NCBI GenBank assembly: GCA_965644295.1
Contig: CBFFRP010000271.1
Location: 62,001 to 126,000 of the forward strand
Reading direction: 5' to 3'
Origin: Paraphysomonas bandaiensis
Taxonomy: Eukaryota > Protista > Chrysophyceae
Length of the DNA stretch: 64,000 nucleotides
Part shown: positions 38,542 to 51,198 of the stretch, in pieces
Layout of the letters: every line of letters begins with the position of its first letter
Numbering within the stretch: position 1 is the first letter of the stretch
The notes under the pieces: generated by a model
The model's input: the letters and a program-made list of their open reading frames with translations, nothing else
What the model was told of the DNA's origin: nothing
Databases searched by the model: none
Translations under genes and position numbers: made by a program

Positions 38542-41500
38542 ATGACTAGTATTGGAGGGGATTGGGTGTCAAATATTGACCCAAGCAGCGGGTGTCCTTA
38601 TTATACAAATACTGTGACGGGAGAGACCTCATGGGACTACCCAACTGAACTAGGTGGTAATGTCTCTCAGGGAGGGCAATGGATTGAAACATATGATGAG
38701 TCATCTGGATCATATTATTATCTTAATGATGTAACGGGAGAATCGACATGGGAGAAGCCGGAGAATTATGTACCAGCTAGCGGCGCTGGTGTGGATAATG
38801 CTGAGGCAGAGGAAAATCCCGCTAATTGGACATCTGGTGTAGATAATGGCAACACATGGTATTATAATAATATAACGGGAACCACTCTGTGGGAGCGACC
38901 TGCTTGTCTTGGCCCTGTGGAAGCCACTGAGCCTCCTGCCCCAGTGGCTGAAGTCGAGGAACCCGCTGAGGTCACTCCTGTCCCTGCTGTGAAGAGAGCG
39001 TCGGTATTGCCTCCGCCCGCCATAAAATCAAGCTCAGCAACAACATCTTCCACGGCGGCCACAACTGAAGATAGGCCAAAATCTATCAAGCGCGCATCAT
39101 TTCAACCACCTCCTGTTCTCCCTAAGGCTGCCACGGAGAAGACCCCTATTGTTCTTCCTACAGTGAATGTGCAGCAACGGCAGGCTGAGCTTGCAGCTAT
39201 CCCGGAAGAATCCTCTTTGCGATCATCCATAGGGATAAGTGAAAATGAAGCTTCAGCGATAGGTAGTGTTAGTGATATGAAGAGCAAGCTGGGCGCTGTG
39301 CCAATGCGCATGCCAGGACAGCCGGTACCCCCTGGTGATGGTACAGGTGTGTAATATATTAATATTCTTGAAACTGGAATTAACACAGTTGGTGCTAATT
39401 TCATGTATTAAAGTAAATTGTTATATATTTGATACACCTATTATTGAAAAAGTCTAATGATATGTGATATAATAATTTAGACACTCCTGTCAATGCAGCA
39501 GATACTCCTCCCCCTCCGCCAGCTCCCCCTGTAGCGGATCCTGCACCATCTGTCAGTTCATCAGGAACTGCTCCCCCCCCTGTCGATCCCCCAAAGCCCA
39601 CCTCCAGGAAGAGTAAACAGCAGTCCTTCGCTGCACTACGTGCCCTTGAGAGTGTTGACGAAGAGAGTGAGACTACTACAACCGGTACTATATTTTTTTT
39701 TGCTGATGGATTGATTCAGTTCTTTGTCATGAATGTTTTGCGCAGGTGGTGATGCAAGTATGATCGAAAAACCATCGATGGCTGTTGCCAATGAGTATGT
39801 TACGAATAGCAGTGTGACTTCAGTTCTTACAGAACGTAGCATTCATCGTCTTATATCTAAAGACGATAAGACCACTGAGGAATTGATTGCTCAGGTAAGA
39901 ATAGAATATGCAAGTTGGTGTTACTATAGAATACCCCAAGGGCGTTTGTCGTCACAATGTGTATATATGAATGACTTGCTTGTAGGTTGCTGGTTTAACG
40001 CTCGAGCAGTATGGCGAAAAGTTTTTCAATTTTGACCGAAAAGGAGTCTTCAAGAGTCGCACCACAATCGACAAGCTCCTTAGCTGGAAGAGCGAACTCA
40101 TAAAGACCTCCCTACGAGTCCTTTCCTCGGAGATGGTCACTGGTAAACAGATTATATCTTGCATATGTTAATTTCATGCTATAAACATGATTCTTATATG
40201 TGTGCGTATAGAGGCCGTGCAACTCTTTAGGAACGTTACGGGGTATATGGGAGATCGAAACAGGTATACATATATGATGTGGAGAGCACATTCCGTAGTG
40301 CATACCTTATATATGGTTTTAATCAGTGTATCTGTATATTTGTAGCGCTAAAGCTCCCACTGACCACGCCTTTAAAATCTTGAACCACATGATGCTCGCC
40401 CCAGAGGAGCTCCGAGATGAGCTCTTCTGTCAGCTGTGCAAGCAAACGAACAACAACCCCGACCCAGTGTCCTGTGAGAAAGGATGGCAACTGATGATGA
40501 TATGTCTGGCTATTTTCCCCCCAAGTTCAGACTTGATGCCCCATCTGATGGCGTATTGTGCTTCAAAATTGCACAGCGATGTTCCCAATGTGGGTAACTT
40601 TGCAGAGATATGCTTACACAGGTGACTGCACTGTATACCTGTGAATCACGTTGCAACCCTGACCATTTTTCCTGCTTCCAGAATTCCAAAGATATGCCGC
40701 CTTGGGCCTCGACGTGAACTACCGACTAAAATTGAATTGGAGGCCATGAAGCGTGGTGGAACAGTGTGTGTCCGAGTATTTTTTCTGGACGATAAATACT
40801 GTATCCTCCGAGCTGATTCGTGGACTACCGCACGAGAGACGGAAGACACTCTCGCGAAGATATTGAACATAGCCAACGATAAACCGTTCTCATTGTTTGA
40901 GGTTAGCACTGGAGAGGAAGAGAGAGTCCTTGACCCTGATGAAAGAATTCTTGATTTGGTGTCATTTTGGCAAAGAACCGAACTAGAGGATATCGCGAAA
41001 GTCGGAAAAAGTGAGGCGTTGTTCTGCGGCCGTGTAATATGCTAACCCGTACCATTGCTTTCAGGTGCTACTATTGAGGAATTCAAGTTCCAATATAAGG
41101 TGGGCTTATTTTATGACGTGGAGGATAGTGATACTTCAGCCATTGAGCTAATGTATGTACAAGCCACACATGATGTCGTGGATTCACGCTACCCCTGCTC
41201 TGAGCAAGATGCCATTACCCTGGCGGCGCTGCAAATGCAGGAAGCATTCGGGGACTTCCCCTCGAGTGGGGAGTGTTCTTTCTTAAAAGGGAAGTTGGGT
41301 CTGTACCTCTCATCGCGTCTAATTGAGCAGTTCCCTGCCGCAGAACTTGAGGAGAAGGTATACAAGCTATACAAGAAATTAACTGGGTACTCTCAGATGG
41401 AGGCTAGACTCAGTTACCTAGATTACGTAAAGAGCTGGAAGATATACGGTTCGACGTACTTCTTCGCTGAACCGCAAAATAATAAAGATTTACCCCGGGA

Positions 41501-41729
41501 GTGTGTACTGGCAATAAATAACAAGGGAATTCTTGTTGTGGATCCTAACTCAAAAGAGTTTCTCGCAGAATATGATTATTCGAATGTGGTCACGTGGGGC
41601 CACTCGGCGAACTCATTTGTCGTAGTAACAGGATCGACAAATAGGCAGATTAAAATGTATTTCAAGACTGACCAAGGAAAAGAGATCAACAATATGGTTC
41701 GGTGTTATGTTGAAAATCGTATGGCATAG
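38542..41729 (+). CDS. WW(x3), Pro-rich, MyTH4 and FERM domain protein (motor-less), multi-exon
   Basis: Three WW motifs (YYxNxxTGETxWxxP); LRDELFCQLCKQT..GWQLM..FPPS MyTH4; YPCSEQDAITLAALQ and YGSTYFF FERM. Confidence 0.9.
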
Positions 41730-42089
41730 TGCGCTGTTTGAGATAATGTTTATCGTTAAGGGGTTATGAGGAAGTATTGCCCCAGTCTCGAGTGAAGTTT
41801 GTTGGTGCGTGTATATCTAAATGAGCTCATACTTCTGGGCATGCGATGTGTTCATTAGATTTCATCCTTTGGATTCAAGTGCCCAATTCTGTGTATGACA
41901 TAATAATACAATGTTGTTTTGAGTCTCAGCTTAATATATCATGAAGATTCTGTCCTACGTTGTACATTGATATGTGTGCAACGTATATATAAATTATATC
42001 GCTTAGTCATAAATATTCCATCATTTATAGGTAGATAAACTTCTTATTATATTAGTCTTCTGTCCCAAGAATCTTACTCACATCGCGTA

Positions 42090-42718
42090 CACAAAGTATA
42101 TATTTAATCGATAAGCGATATGAGCGATAATCTGGTACCAGCTGCGAACTCTGAATAATGCCCGAAAGCTCCATTTATAAAACAAGATACCAGGTGGGCT
42201 CCACATTTGCCATGAGTGACTGCTACTTGCTTCTATCTTATCATTTGCGATTATGCGAGTTTGATTCCGACGTGTTAAGTCTAAAGTCTAATACCAAGTG
42301 AAATGGTGCACACGAAGCTCATTAAATTACGGGAGGAATCGAAATTGTTTCACCTAGTGTCCTTACATTAATTACAGAAGGAAGGTGATCACCTGCTTGA
42401 CTTCCACGACGTTTGCATATTGTTTGACAAACTCATCATAAGGCCCCCGATTGTCGAGCGTCATGTGGGCAACAATGCTGCTATATTATTCATAACGCTG
42501 CTTTCGGAAAGGCAGTCGTGAAGATTCAATGCGGCAATGAAGCCATTTTGCTTCGGACGGAAAAGGATCAAATTAATATTGTTTTGCTCGATGAGGATGA
42601 ATAAGATGATGACAGCAAGAGTTAAATTCAGAATGACGACGCAGAGTAACGTTTGATGGTAGCAGACAGTGGAAGCAAGCACGTCTTAACCGCAGCATGA
42701 AGCACATGCATGCCACAA
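42090..42718 (+). pseudogene. Degenerate hAT transposase remnant
   Basis: LQKEG..LLDFHDVCILFDKLI...HNAAFGKAVVKIQ parallels ARQLFDMLLQEF...ASANFEK in the 10983-11183 hAT fragment. Confidence 0.5.
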
Positions 42719-43900
42719 CCCTCAACAGAGTCGGACTCGCACCTTTTCGTGGTGTTCTGGGGGATAAGTACTGGAGAGATTCTCTCTGGGAAACTAACGT
42801 GAGCCGCAAACATACTCATCAGATATTCTCTACCCACACATAGCCGAATGCTAGTGACTTAAGCAGGCAGCTCAATACCCCGGTTACCCTTCAGGTGGGC
42901 CCATTCCCGGATGCCTGTTTTTTCGTCAAGGCCCATTCCCGGATGCCTGTATTTTTGCCAAGACCCAAAGATTTCTACGCAAGTGCCACTTATTGGTGTC
43001 CCTTGTACCACACAAGCATTCGGCTATGAGTGGGCAGAAGAATATCTGCTGACTATGTTTGCGGCTCACGTTAGTTTCCCAGAGAGAATCTCTCCGGTAC
43101 TTTTCCCCCAGAACACCACGAAAAGGTGCGAGTCCGACTTTGTTGAGGGTCACTTGTGTATAAGTCGTCTTTGAGCCTTGACGAATTTTACAAGCATCCG
43201 GGAATCGGCCCACCTCAAGGGCATCCGGGATATTGGGCTGCAGGCTGGTGAAGTCAAGTATCCGGGCTGTTACCTTCAGGACAAAGAGTGAAAGTGGTTG
43301 CATCTTGGTGCATGCTGTGACGCACAAGCAGTTTTGTAGTAAATAACAGAGCAAAGTACTGACTCTTAACGGCTATTGCTAATAATAAGACATTCACTAC
43401 TTACAAAATCAAGCGCAAACTCGATATTGCTTGTGAGGTGTGTAAAATACATTTATTTATAGCTCTCTACATATTTATCTTAACTATGTCCTGATGTGAA
43501 GCACATGTCGAGCTTCATCAGGCCTGCATAGAAACGGCCGGCCTTGCAATGCAGCGAAGACCCTCATCAACGATGAAACTGCCAATGTCAAGGCCCTTAT
43601 AGGAAGTAGTGAATGTCTGACTATTAGCAATATTATTAATAGGCGTGTAAACTTTAGAGATAATTATGTAGCAAAACAATTTAACTAACTACTACGCTCA
43701 ACTCTGACATTCAACTATTTTGCGCTACGAAAGATTCTTGTGCGTCACCGTAAGCACCAAGATGCAACCACTTTCACTCTTTGTCCTGAAGAAGGGAACT
43801 ATCACGCTTGACTTCATCAGGCAGCCCAATACCCCGGGTGTCTGTTAATTCTGACTAGTGTCGTTTCTGTACCACACAAGCATTTGGCTATTTTCTGACA
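42719..43900. repeat. Cluster of nested and inverted R1 copies
   Basis: + head 42719-42853, inverted 5' half 42855-43149, + 3' half 43150-43400, - fragment 43605-43890. Confidence 0.8.
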
Positions 43901-43994
43901 AGGGGAATATACTATAAACACCTAAAAAGTCGGTGAGATTGTGAAACCTGGTGAAGTGATTTCATCAGGTTTCATAATAATATATGGAAAAGTG

Positions 43995-44083
43995 CCCTCA
44001 ATAAAGTCGGACTCGCACCTTTTCGTGGTGTTTTGGGGGATAGGTACCGGAGAGATTCTCTCTGGGAAACTAACGTGAGCCGC
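43995..44083 (+). ncRNA. Putative HDV-like self-cleaving ribozyme at the R1 5' end (also 42719-42807 +, 43061-43149 -, 23806-23883 -)
   Basis: P2 CGG-A-CTCGC/GTGAG-CCG, P3 ACC/GGT around loop TTTTCGT, P4 CCGGAGAG/CTCTCTGG, J4/2 CTAA; P1 is imperfect. Confidence 0.6.
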
Positions 44084-44477
44084 AAACATAGTCAGCAGAT
44101 ATTCTTCTGCCCACTCATAGCCGAATGTTTGTGTGGTACAAGGGACACCAATAAGTGGCACTTGTGTAGACGTCTTTGGGCCCTGACGAATAAACAGGCA
44201 TCCGGAAATGGGCCCACCTGAAGGGTAACCGGGGTATTGGGCTGCCTGCTGAAGTCAAGCATCCAGGATGTTCGCCTTAAGAACTCAGAACGGAAGTGGT
44301 TGCACCTTGGTGCTTGCGGCGACGCACAAGCAGCTTTGGTAGCGTTAAATAGTAGGATAATAGAGTTTGTACTGATTAGTTACAGGTAGAGGTCTAACTA
44401 GTATGTCTAGCATTCATCTAGCTACTAAATTGGTGCAAGTTTTTAACGCCTATTGCTAAATAATAAGACTTTCAATA
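43995..44477 (+). mobile_element. Full-length R1 non-autonomous retroposon (SINE/RIME-like, 483 bp)
   Basis: Exact 13-bp TSD ATATGGAAAAGTG (43982-43994 and 44478-44490), no TIRs, many truncated copies elsewhere. Confidence 0.85.
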
Positions 44478-44660
44478 ATATGGAAAAGTGTTATATAAGT
44501 ACTTATTTGAAGACTATGTTAATGAAAATGACACGCAAAACGACGATGCAATAAATACGAAAATTGAAAAAGCTTGTATATTCTCTTTCATTCTGGTTAC
44601 ACTCGTTCAATAAGTCAAGCAAGATATAACATATAAATGTAAGAAAATAATATTTAATAT

Positions 44661-47631
44661 TTATACAAACATATTTCTCAAGTCATTTTTCCATTTGTAT
44701 CTCAACTTATTTTTGTCAAAATGTCCGGGTTTGATTGCACAAGACTGATATTGTTCAGTTCCAAATTTATCGGCATTGAACTCTAGCCAGGATTGTATCT
44801 GTGCCCATGGAATCATACCATTTGGCTTTTGATACTCCTTTATCAAGGCGAGAAGCGATTTTACTTCGTCATCTGACCATTCTTCATGCCCACGTAAAAC
44901 CTTCTTGCTCGTGCTTCGAGAATACATTGGACTGCTCGTATTGCTAGAAATTTCTTTTGTTGGAGTACACATAGGACTCACAGACACCGCACTATATTCT
45001 TCTAGATTTCTTGCGAATATATTACACTCGTCATCACCATCATCTTTTACACAAAGGGAACCCAATTTTCCGATGACATCCTCCATACTCTCACGTAACT
45101 GCGAGTCATACGGAACATTTTCCTTGTTGTAGAAATAAGCCTTATCAATATTGAGACCATCTCGATCAAATGCTACTCCACTTGAGACATCTATGTCATT
45201 GGATTCCGATTTACATATTAGACTGGTCTGAGAACAGCATCTATCTTTAGATCTACCGGAGACGCTATAATTCAAATTTCTGTCTACTGATGATTCGGGC
45301 GAATTTACAATGGAATCAACAGCTACGAGTTCTGTTTCGTCAGAGCTGTCGTTGAAGAAATCGTGCAAATCCAAAAAGCAAAACGTTGTCGTTGAATCGG
45401 AGTTAATTTCATCACAACTCTGAGCAGTGAATAGTCTTGGGCCACAGTGAATCCCCTGTGTTGATGGAATACTTTCGGTGTTATATTCACAGGGAGGAGT
45501 TATATCGCTTTCCATTTCACTATGACAGATATCTTTTTGATTTTCGGCAGGTGAAGAGTCAGCAGCCTAAGTCAGTGGTTAGCCAAGATTGGTATGATAC
45601 GACAACACACACCTCTACATATTGCTCTGAATGTGGAGAGTACAGTCGAGAGCTATGACACGGAGACAAGTCGACATTGTCCGTTGGATACAAGTCCTAT
45701 ATTAAATGAGAATATCATTCAATATATCTTGAAAGTTACCTTTTCAGCGCTACCACATTCTGCATCATTAGAACAAACTTTCGCATTCATAGTCATTTTT
45801 TGCGCACTTGAGTCTATATTATTAAGTGATTTAATATTGCCAGGTTGCGTTTCAACTGTTGTTTCGTCATTTTTACTGCTGTGATCATGAGAAAACACTG
45901 CTGATGAGGGCACACAATATTCACCACTGTGTTCTGCATTATATCCACTGGAGCACGAAACATTATCCGTATCGTCTTCCTCATCAATAGAATACTCTCG
46001 TTTATTAATCATCTCTGTGGCTTCGCACGCTTGTATCTCATTGGGTCCATTATCGGTTTTGCTGATTGACCTATGTTCACTATTCAGCAACACCGTATCA
46101 TCAACATCCTCGATATGACTGTTATCAATAACACCGATGGCGACGTCATCTACAAGGCTGACATATCTGTCATTGGCGCCGCGTTGATATGACCCCTTTC
46201 CCTCTGCTGCCAATGATTTATTCGAATCGGCAGCAACATAAGTATTTAACTTCTGTAATAGAGTTGTCGCGTAAGGCTCCATGGCTTGGCATATTCGATC
46301 AATATCCCACAGTTCAATGTGGACATTTTGACCTAAAAGCTTATCAGCGGTTTCTTTGGCGTTGCGCGTGTAGGTGCTTGTGGTCATGAAGAACCCCGAG
46401 TGGGATTCCGCATGCCACATTGCCCCTAAGAACTCACGAATCATCACCGCCGACACCTTGCAATTGTATCTTTTGCACTGACCAACAGCTTTCCATGTTG
46501 AGTTATGAACACGACTTCTAAGTATAAAATCTATTCCATTGTCAGCCGCCTTCCCACATTGTGTTGTTTTATACCCCAAGCAATCAAATAAATCGCAGCA
46601 AAATGCTTCAAATGCTCTACCATCACGAGGAAGATTTAAAAGCTTATGTCGTAATATTCCCACATGATCAGATTCATTAAATTTATCCAGAATATTTTCG
46701 CTTACGACAACATCGAAACCACAAGAAGTATCAATCTCTGTTTCAACTGAACGCACCTGTTGTCCGATTGTTACAAGGGAAGCTGAAGGTATTTTGTATG
46801 AATCAGGTTCTATAGAACAAGAAATACTCTCCACTTGTGAAGAGATATTTGCTACACATTCTCGAGACTGTATCAGCTGACGAGATAAAATAGTGTTCTC
46901 ATCTCGCAAGCTCTTGATATTTGATTTCAGTCGGGACACATGCTCTGTTTGCCGCGAACTTGTTTCTGTGATACTGAGTTGAATTTCACGCATTGTTTCG
47001 TCTCTACCTTTTAATTCCAATTGTAATTCATCGATCAACATGTTTAGTCGATGGTTTTCATTCTGAGCACTGTTCTTTTCTTCTGTCACGAGTATCAATC
47101 GACGTTCCAAATCAGCTATCTTAGACTCAAGCATTCGTACCGGAGTATTGATTCTCTCCTTTTCTAGTTCTTGGTTCCGTTTACCAAGTCTGCTGAGATA
47201 TTCCATGTTGTTTGCGGTAGCATCAGTAAAAGTTTTTTGCATTGCACTCAAATTGTCATCTTTTGCCATTAACTCTTGTCTCAGTTGAATACAACACTCC
47301 AACAATCGAGCATTTTCTTTTACAGTAGCTTCATTTTCATTTCGTAGAGCTCGACAAATATTTCCTAATTGAGACAATTTATCTTCACAAGCCATCTTTG
47401 ATTTTATGGCATCGTTGTATGCAATTTCATATGATTCTAAAGCCTTCCACAGAGTAGAGTATTCCATGCCCTTTTCGTGCATCAAGGGTAAGTCATTCAC
47501 TTGAGAATACAAACTTTCCAGCTATAATATGTTGGTTAATATGCAATTAATATCTTCCATTAATATGCTTATAGGGAGGCACATTTTTATACCACTTCAT
47601 TAACGGCTAAAACGGTTGGGTTTCGAGACAT
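44661..47631 (-). CDS. Coiled-coil, Mrr-like restriction endonuclease (PD-QxK) and C-terminal Myb/SANT protein; introns 47522-47592, 45697-45739 and 45567-45612
   Basis: FEAFCCDLFDCLGY..DNGIDF..GQCKRY..VSAVMIREFLGA..GFFMTTSTYT..IELWD matches Mrr_cat. Two GT-AG introns join ORFs 45719-47512 and 44661-45515 in frame. WSDDEVKSLL..W..LRYKWKN is Myb-like. The first exon is less certain. Confidence 0.8.
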
Positions 47632-47965
47632 GCCATACAAAACAGGGGATTTTTATCACATAAAAAGAGATCCAAGTAAAAACTAGGAAATATACAATAT
47701 TACAGCTGTGCGATGTTGCCGAAATGCGTATTCTGTGAGTGGGTAAAATGCAAGTCTGCCAATCATAGTCGACTGCTGTACGTACCTGTGAAATGGAGTG
47801 TATGAAAGTATCACTAGCATTCCATGGCATTGTTTACAGTTTTCTCTGTCCATTATCTTGTAGTTCATTCCATTTTCTCTCATTATCGTACTGTAAATAC
47901 TTATTTACCTTCTCTTATGCTATCATCTCCTCTCTCTCAATCTCTATAATATTTTCATATTCTTC

Positions 47966-48466
47966 ATGTTCATCTCTGCGGCTAAGAAGCGTAAGAATTT
48001 AGAAGTAGATTGTAGTCTAAGCGATCAAATTAAGAGAGTCAAGATATCTACCACTCCAGGAGACCTTCGCCTTCAGAAAGATTTAAAGGACTTTGACCAC
48101 TGTGATAAACTTGAGTTTCGGTGTGCTGGTGAAATAGCATCTGTTATTTTAACTTTCAAGAGTATTCCAGCTTGTTGTCCTAATACTTTCTTGATTCGTG
48201 TGCCGCGACACTACCCGCATCACTGTCCACAAGTGCGTTGTCTAAGCAGAGGTTTCCATAATCAATTCATAGATTGTAATGGAAACGTCATGCATCCAGA
48301 CTTGACCGATAATTGGAATGCAATGAATAGTCTGATGGATATTGTTCGAACTTTAGAATATATCTCTGCGCAGTTTTCAGTAGAGATACCACCTCAGCTC
48401 ATATCGAACAATAGATGTATAAATGAGCCAATGGAAGTATCAAGCAATCGTGATCGAAGTTTTTAA
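47966..48466 (+). CDS. Ubc12-like E2-fold protein lacking the catalytic cysteine (pseudo-E2)
   Basis: PGDLRLQKDL, VPRHYPHHCPQVRC, HNQFIDCNGNVMHPDL..NW; canonical E2s have HPNID.xGxVCL. Confidence 0.75.
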   Translation: MFISAAKKRKNLEVDCSLSDQIKRVKISTTPGDLRLQKDLKDFDHCDKLEFRCAGEIASVILTFKSIPACCPNTFLIRVPRHYPHHCPQVRCLSRGFHNQFIDCNGNVMHPDLTDNWNAMNSLMDIVRTLEYISAQFSVEIPPQLISNNRCINEPMEVSSNRDRSF

Positions 48467-48659
48467 GATAGTCTTGATATGTAGATAGCATGTGATGCCA
48501 GACTGACAATGCCCACCCTCCTCTGTATCAATGTACATAATAACTTCATTATATAATACTCTCTTCATATCAAAGAATATGCATTCGTTTGTGGACAAGT
48601 AATAGTTTTTGTCATACCCTCTCCATTAAGAGGTTGCTCTTAACAGCACACATATACAC

Positions 48660-48820
48660 CAGGGCCTGGTATCCATTAATGGTAATGACATTATAATTGC
48701 CGGGACTTTTTTAATTAATGCCATTATAATTGCGGGAAACTGGACTACCATTAATGGTATCCCATTAATGACCTGTACTGCTATATATAGAACTGAGTGT
48801 TTAATGGTTACCAGGCCCTG
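48660..48820. mobile_element. 161-bp MITE of hAT family 1
   Basis: CAGGGCCTGGTATCCATTAA...TTAATGGTTACCAGGCCCTG, 8-bp TSD ATATACAC. Confidence 0.92.
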
Positions 48821-49460
48821 ATATACACATATTAATATGCTTATTGTTAGAATAAATAAATGAATATATTAGTTATTTAATTCAAAATTAAGTTTATATG
48901 CATTAAATTAGCTGCACGATTATATGTGCGTGCATGTTGTTGGTTGTAGACAGTTATTATTGCTATGTCAAAGATATAACATTTTACAAAATGTGTAGTT
49001 TTGTAATGTCTAACTTCAATAATAATTTTGCAAACTTAGATAAAGTTGGAAACATTTAGGAACATATAATAATACTTATGATCAATATCACTTCTCAGTC
49101 GCCAAATTTATGTTGTCTCAGCTACCAATCATTTCCATACAATCTAGATATCACGATCTTATACGGACAATATATTTCAGTTTCACTACTATGATTGCTA
49201 CTGTGACAATAGTTCTCATCATACAGTTAACCACTTCTGTATTCCTCCATTAACAGTCATAAGTCAAATATCTTTGAACTATAGCTTTCAATTGCTTTCA
49301 AATAGCAGAACTCAACAATTTATCGACAAGACTAAAGTTGCTAAAACTCACTCATATTCAGTTAATATTACATTTTTGTATGATAATTACATACACTCAG
49401 CTTACAAATACAAACACTGACAAATTAACTGCCCCATTCTGCGAGTGTGTGTATAATTAC

Positions 49461-49786
49461 TCCTACAGAGATTCAACGCACCATCTAATAACTTCTGTTT
49501 CGTCATTGGGCTCGGATCAGCCTGTCAAGAAACACAGCTAAAGTCACTCTGCTCTCAAAGTGGGTCTATGTACCTGCCCGCTAGAGAAACAGGTGCCCTG
49601 CATATGATCATGCCTCTCATCGCCCTGCAGGTGGTTCAGGGAGTCTCCATTGATGTCGGGCAAATCAGCCGCGCAGGAGGTGCTCAGGCGGCGTATGCCC
49701 GTGTCCGTGAGACTGTAGGACTGAGGCAGAACCCGGTGGACTTTCTGTTCCTACTGGATGCTTCTGGATCTATGCGCTCGAAGTGA
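49461..49786 (+). pseudogene. 5'-truncated vWA copy at the array edge
   Basis: Homology starts abruptly at tcctacagagattc; has ARETG instead of ARDAG; the following spacer has a ~290 bp deletion near 49875. Confidence 0.85.
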
Positions 49787-51198
49787 GACATCGAACCCAA
49801 CCATTACCGCCATTTTTGATACTACGATATTGTGATCTTATTATTGTACAGAATTATATATTTATTTGACAATTCGTTACATTCACCCTTCGTGAGTGGA
49901 TACGTGGATACCATCCCCATTCAGCCACTATGCTAACAAGATCCCGGACTGCATAACTTATCTTGCTACGAGGTTTCATACACTCAAAGAAGAAAAGCTA
50001 TATAGCATTGCTTGCTTCTTTTATACTATTCTGTTTTATTAGTGTGTGTACATTTCACGATATTCTACGGATAATCAATATAGTTGGCATTCCCAACATT
50101 AAAGAGGGAAATGGATATGGCATATGGCAGAGCTACATAATGCATACACAAACAGATTATGACACAACAATGTATAAGAAACACTGATATAATTCAAACC
50201 GTGTAGGATATTAAATGGAATAAACTGTCAATTCCACAATAACATAACATAATATAACCTACCACAGTTGTTGAATGACTAATATGGCATTCATCAGAAT
50301 CTACACGCAATTAGTCCATTTGCTTTTGTATGACTAAGTATAAACATATTAAAGTTGAAGTGCATATATAATCATATGTAATACCACTCGCGTAAGCGAT
50401 GGGTTGTCAAGCTAACCAAGACTCCTCCATACACAACAACTCCTGTTTCTCCTCTTGTATGTACTCAACCGCTCAGCGACACACGAATCACAAGAGTTCT
50501 AATCGCAAGTCGATATTTAATTTACAATGGTAGAGGTTTCAGAGTCAACACGAGGAGTGAGGGTACTCAGCTGGCTTGTTGTAAGCACTGCATATGCAGT
50601 CGCCGTTGTTCTTCGTCCATAAACAAACTCAATAACATGTCATCCTTCGAGATTGAATTCCACACAACACACTATCACCAATATTAGCTCACCCTGAAGC
50701 TAATTTAAGAATGGTGTGTGGCCTTATGGGCATATTCAATGCACTTCACTGAGGCTCCGACAGATATCACTGATATGAAAATTTCACTGAAAAAGTCTCG
50801 GATTCTGCTGTGAAAATATAAGCCCAACCTGACCAAGAGACACGAGGTCATAACCAACAAATATAATGTGCAAAATACTTACTTTGCTTCCAGCGACATT
50901 CACTGCTGCTGATAAGTGTGCTGTGATCTGTGTCGGAACTATCTCTCAAACAGCACACAGTCTGTGCAGTAGCCGTACCAGAACTCTATACACAGCAGTC
51001 TATACCTACAGCCTACAGCGCAGTGTGGGCCAACGGAATACTGCTGTGTACAATGTATACTACGGTCGTACAGCCGGCAGATTCTCGCCATGAAGATATT
51101 TTTTTGAAGAATATGCGGACATTTCTGATTTTGTCTGCAAATCCAAATCATCCGTCCATTCCATACATAACTCTTCTCCACAAACACAACTCAAAGCA

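Noticed and set aside
44180-44216. CTGACGA...GAAA hammerhead-like core in R1
   Set aside because: No stem II can form, and other copies read TTGACAA or TTGACGA, so the core is not conserved.
42573-44221. ORFs such as MFAAHVSFPERISP... repeated in several places
   Set aside because: They lie within the non-coding R1 element, mostly antisense, and their frames are not conserved between copies.
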